Shown: in pieces, positions 59,212 to 64,000 of the stretch | Numbering within the stretch: the stretch's first letter is position 1 | Layout of the letters: each line of letters opens with the position of its first letter | DNA from: Trichoplax adhaerens | Lineage: Eukaryota > Animalia > Placozoa | DNA length: 64,000 bases | Assembly: GCF_000150275.1 (NCBI RefSeq) | Contig: NW_002060947.1 | Coordinates: forward strand, 3,464,980 to 3,528,979 | Reading direction: 5' to 3' | Program-made: the position numbers and the translations under genes | The notes under the pieces: model-generated | What the model was told of the DNA's origin: nothing | Database searches by the model: none | What the model saw: only the letters and a program-made list of their open reading frames with translations

Positions 59212-62200
59212 TCAGCTAACGTACACTAGTCCCTTGTTTGCAAATTTCGAATATAAATTGGCCGCTTTAATCTGGAATTCAAAGCTTGCAGCGTACAACG
59301 CATCATCTTCAGATGTTGGTAATTCGGCTAATAGGCAGTAGATTTCGCTCTGGAGTATCAAATGTAAATTAATCCTTCTAATCAGGTAATGAAAGTTACA
59401 GTGCATTATGTACTATTGTTCATCAAGGTGATGATACATTCATTATCCACGGAATTTACGATCTCCGCTAATATACTAGCACAAAAGTCCCACTTAGTAA
59501 ATTTCGAATAATTTTAATCTAAAAATGAAAACAGTTTTCATTCTGTGCGAATTAGCAGAAAAACAAATTGTTAAAAAAGGAAAATAGAATCAATCTCAAA
59601 TAACAAAGAATTACCAGTATTTTTAAATATCTCACACAACGATTCATTGATCAAAGGCGAAAAGTTTCTTTTTCAAATCTTGTTATACTTAAATGCAACA
59701 TATTTATTTCTCCATAGGGCGCAGACATAAAGCAAATATGAACATATAAGCTGTGACATTAGTAATTAAATGATAATTGCGCTAAAATTGCATCTAATTA
59801 TTAATATTGTTTTTGGGGAATTAGACTTGCAAGGTGTAAAATTAATCAATTATTTTGTCATATATTGGATGATTTATAGATTTCACTCAATAAATTCTGT
59901 TAATCTGTTAGGACATCGAAGACAAGTAAACTATTTTAGACCGATGTCTACAATCGATATCACAAGATTTAAATAGATTGCTCCATTTTATTAATCAACA
60001 CAATATTATAATAAGAACAGGAGAGCTAAATAAAAATTTTTCTATTCCAGGAAATATTTAAAAATTAAATTTCACAAAGCCTAATTTCATTAATGATTAT
60101 TATAGCTTAAAGGAGTACAGTAGATGATTCATCAATATTTCAGTTTGGTAGAACTGAATAATATGTCAATTACAATTTCAGTTCAGATACGTAAATTTGC
60201 GATTGATGTTGAATAGCCAGCAGCTTAGAAGTACCACTAGCAGATAAAAGACAATTTCAATTAGTAATCGAATGATTACTCAGCCAATAATTTAAAACTT
60301 TACTTACTTTGTTGTCCCAATGTAGTAAACCTTTTCGAATAGTTTTACACAATGTTGAAAGTCCTTGAAACAAAATAATAATAATTTTAACGGACGCATT
60401 GCTTTCAATTCATATTAAACTACCAATTTCAAGTTAAGAACAAATTTACCTCATTTCTTTTCGCTATGGATCTGAATTCAAAAAAATTCTCATGAAAGCC
60501 TATTAGTATAGATCTTTCTATAACTAAATTACAACAGTTACAGGAATAAATTAAGAATATGTATGATTATGTTCTACTCTAGTCATGATCAAGAGAAAAA
60601 GTAATCTACTAGGACAATACGAGTATCTTCATTTTCTCATAATAAATGGTTAGGAAAATGGTTGTGTATATATATGTGAATTTAACAAACCTAGCAATTT
60701 CTTTAGCTAAATAATAATAGCAACAGAAATAAACTAATGATTATTATTATAAATAGATAATTATCAATCTTAATTATGACCAATGATTAAAATCACTTTT
60801 AACTGTATATGACAATGTTTCATTACCATTTCAAAATAGCTAAGATACGTATATATTTGTAAAGCTAATAGCAATGCCCTAAGATTTCAAATGACATCTT
60901 AGACAAAGAAGTTAAATATTTCATATTATATATGGGTTTTGGTGATATTGTAGTGATGGAACATTACATGGTACTATAATCTTTCCAATTTCTGATCAGC
61001 AATCTATAGCAATCAAGAACATTAGGGCTAGGGTTGTTATCATATTGTATAATTAACTAATACTTAACGTATGCAAATAAATACAGCATCTAAATTCTGG
61101 GCCTGCTTGACACTATCTAACTCATTCACTCACTCACTCAGCCACTGTTATGCGTGTTCATGATTAAGAGTTGAGATCTAATCATGAGTAGGTATAAGTT
61201 GGTGACAGTAAGCCTCTTAGCCATCAAAAACTATATAAATATATTTTTTGCTTTAATAATAACGAAAACATTTAAAAGACTGAGATAAGATTTTAAATTT
61301 TGAATCTAACAAATATTAAAACAATTCATAACTATTATCGTTAATCATTATCACTGGATGTGACTTAGTAAATTTTAACAGCAGACAACCCCATTTTATC
61401 AAAGTAGAATCTATAGTTATTATTACCTGCAAAAGAAATAGATGCTGAAAATTTTATTGCTTGGTTATATCCATGTTTCCTAATAGGTATTCCATTCATG
61501 CAGAATAAAAAGCATTGATCTGTTCGTAATATAAATAAAGGAAAACGAATCATTCTGGAAAATTTAATAGTTATAATGTCAATTACAGTCATGATTATTA
61601 TGTTATAATATGTATACAGTATGTGAAGTTATAGAATAGCGATAAAACTACCAATAGTATAATGGAAACTTGATTTCAATCCTAAATACTGTTCTTACCT
61701 TCAACACAAACTAAAACTGTGCTGTTATTAAACTGGTATAAGCATGAACAATCCAACATGCGATCTAGAATGCATAAATTGCATATCGTGAAATATCAGA
61801 AATTCAATTAATAGATAATGGTCATACATAACTGATATTATATTTTTAGCGACTTTAGATAGCGGGCTAGCAAAATAATAGATTAAAGATAAAGTTTAAG
61901 GTTAGAGTTGAATTCTCAGTAAGTTATACATTTATAAACCTACTGAAGTTCACGTAGTTTTCGTTATCTGGCCAAGCTGAAAACTGGCGATTTAAATCAA
62001 TAGTAATAAAGTCGACGCTTGAACTATTTGGTCTAAGTATAATAAATAATCATTTATAATAAATACAGGAAATCTTTAGCGGAAAGTTCTATTATAGTTA
62101 TGCCGTATTTACGTTAACTGAAGATACAAATAGTAAGTAATTAGCTAACATTTGATTGACTCCAACGCATAGAAAAGGATAATCTTCTGTTCTTGTGTAA

Positions 62201-64000
62201 AATATTTCCATAATATTACTGCTGACAACTGGTTGATACTTGAATATCTAAAGGATTAATATAACCCAATTGCATAGGAATATTAATTTATTCTTTAGAT
62301 GCTGCATTACAAAATACATTTACAATGAAAATTAAAAATACAGTAAAGAAATCTGCTATAATTTAAAATGATAAATTACGGCAATATGTAACCTTAACTT
62401 GTACAAATTTGCTTTCTTTGAGGACATATTTCATGATTAATATTGAATCCGACAACTGAGCACATAGGAAACACCGTTGATTATCATATGGATCAGCGCC
62501 TAATTATATAGAAAGTCTTAATTTTATTTGCCATAAATACTATTTAATGGGAACTAACGGCAAATAATTTTAACCATCCCGTGATATTAGTGTATAAATT
62601 TAAAGGTAAGAAGCTATAGCCAATTGATATAGTATTATGGACATAGATCTGCAATGCTTAAGTGAGAATGGATTTAAAACAATTTATACGGCATCATAGG
62701 TGGAGTATTTGATATTATAGTCTACAATGGTACTGGCTATATGCATTTACTGGCATATAGCTAGAGTTAATACTTTATGACATATCAGAGAATATATAAA
62801 TATAAAATATAAGTGAGAGGATAATAATACTTACGAATAGTACATCTTTGACACGAAGGAAGCATAGAAATTAGAGCGTCACCAATTGGGTATCTGCTAA
62901 TTGATATTATAGAAATAGCATATAATAGTTTGTTCTACAAATTTTTGACAGGAGTATGAGGCTAAAATCTATTAAAACAACATAAGATACATTTGCAACC
63001 TGTTGCCTATCCTGTTGCTCCTTGTAATGGATTTATTTAATCTTGGGAAGAAAGGGCGCGTCAATTTTTTGATATCATAGAAACACAGCGTAGATAGATC
63101 ATGACCTTGATCTATGAAGATATTGTAATTAAATAAACTGAAGGTAGTTAATTTGTTTTATATTACATCTAATAAGATTATAGAGATACTCTCAGATAAC
63201 ATTGGTCAATCTAAGAAATATCAACATAACGTAAAATAGAGTAAACTCTTATAAAAAATTTCTCTTGGGTAGATTCTAGAAGACTACTATATCAGAACAA
63301 ATATTTTAGCAAACAATATATTATGATAGCATAAAAGACTACTATCAATGCTAATTATAAATATCTGATAGCAGCAGCTGTTTAAAAGTAAAAGATCTCT
63401 AACATAGCTATAGCATTCTTATAGAGTATAGGTTATAATCAACTAAGTAATGAGTAAAAAAGCCTATCTAACATACCCGTGATAGCTACCAAGATATCGG
63501 TGTGAATATCAATCCAAGACGTTCTTCCTTTAGTAATTTCATAATAGCATTGCTGCAATATAGGTATGATGTAAAAAATCAAGCGCAGCCTGATTAATTA
63601 TCTGTCATCACTTAAAATTAGCATGACTAGAGTATTGTCTTACCGATTTATTATCAGCATTGGATATTAGGATACCAGTTTCTGTACCCAGTATAATGAA
63701 TTTTTCTAATATGAAAACAGAAATTTAAAGACTAGAAGATTAACCAGAAATGATTGAAGATAGATTCAAATTCAACAACGATACCTAAATGTCGCAATAA
63801 CTGAAAACGTACCATTATTCTTCGATTGCCATATTGCTGCTTTATGAATACGCTTTACGGTATCGAAAGGTAATGACGCTGTTATGGTACATTTATAGGA
63901 CAAATACTGCATTGTAAATATAAAATTAGGTAATTGATAAGATAGCAGATGAATTTACTATTATTAATTGTGCTACCTTGCACATAAATCTGTATAAATG
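59212..64000 (-). CDS. Citron-homology (CNH) domain of MAP4K1/2/3/5 (GCK-I) type; 3' part of a gene whose 5' end lies beyond the window
   Basis: Phase-consistent GT-AG exons: ..63977, 63906-63813, 63705-63644, 63552-63477, 63111-63000, 62893-62835, 62499-62393, 62247-62150, 62032-61944, 61764-61699, 61519-61427, 60523-60450, 60363-60308, 60236-60191, 59349-59221 (or read-through to TGA at 59212). The translation RIHKAAIW..KFIILGTETGI..GRTSWI..SCQRCTIRADPYD..FLCAQLSDSILIM..EDYPFLCVGV..STVLVCVE..ILIGFHENFFEFRSI..SEIYCLL parallels the remembered MAP4K3 CNH (KIHCASSW, YLIFGAEEGI, CQKCCVVRNPY, EYPLVCVGV, DTILVCL, NLYIL). The 3' end is unresolved. Confidence 0.85.

Overview
AT-rich eukaryotic (animal) genomic DNA with short GT-AG introns; composition, intron sizes and gene content suggest an early-branching metazoan such as a placozoan (inference, not verified). 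Nine protein-coding genes were assembled by hand: a KCTD8/12/16-type BTB+H1 gene (-), two tandem CUB-linker-trypsin proteases (+), IRAK1BP1/SIMPL (-), an SLC35F1/2 transporter (+), jagunal JAGN1 (-), a ~45-exon outer-arm gamma-type (DNAH5/8-like) dynein heavy chain (+), an EHD ATPase with an uninterrupted CDS (-), and the 3' part of a MAP4K1/2/3/5-type CNH-domain gene (-) made of short exons that the ORF track almost entirely misses. Main highlights: (1) the dynein is full length and has a perfect RFX X-box upstream, yet its AAA1 Walker B, sensor I and sensor II residues and its AAA4 P-loop are substituted and its stalk/MTBD carries large inserts, suggesting a catalytically weak or dead ciliary 'pseudo-motor'; (2) the EHD lacks the MFSW and KPF motifs and has a C-terminal hydrophobic segment, suggesting a tail-anchored EHD; (3) a TACAGTA/TACTGTA word clusters around the divergent promoters. 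No rRNA, tRNA, CRISPR array or intact mobile element was recognised. Exon coordinates are manual and family assignments rest on remembered motifs, not database searches.
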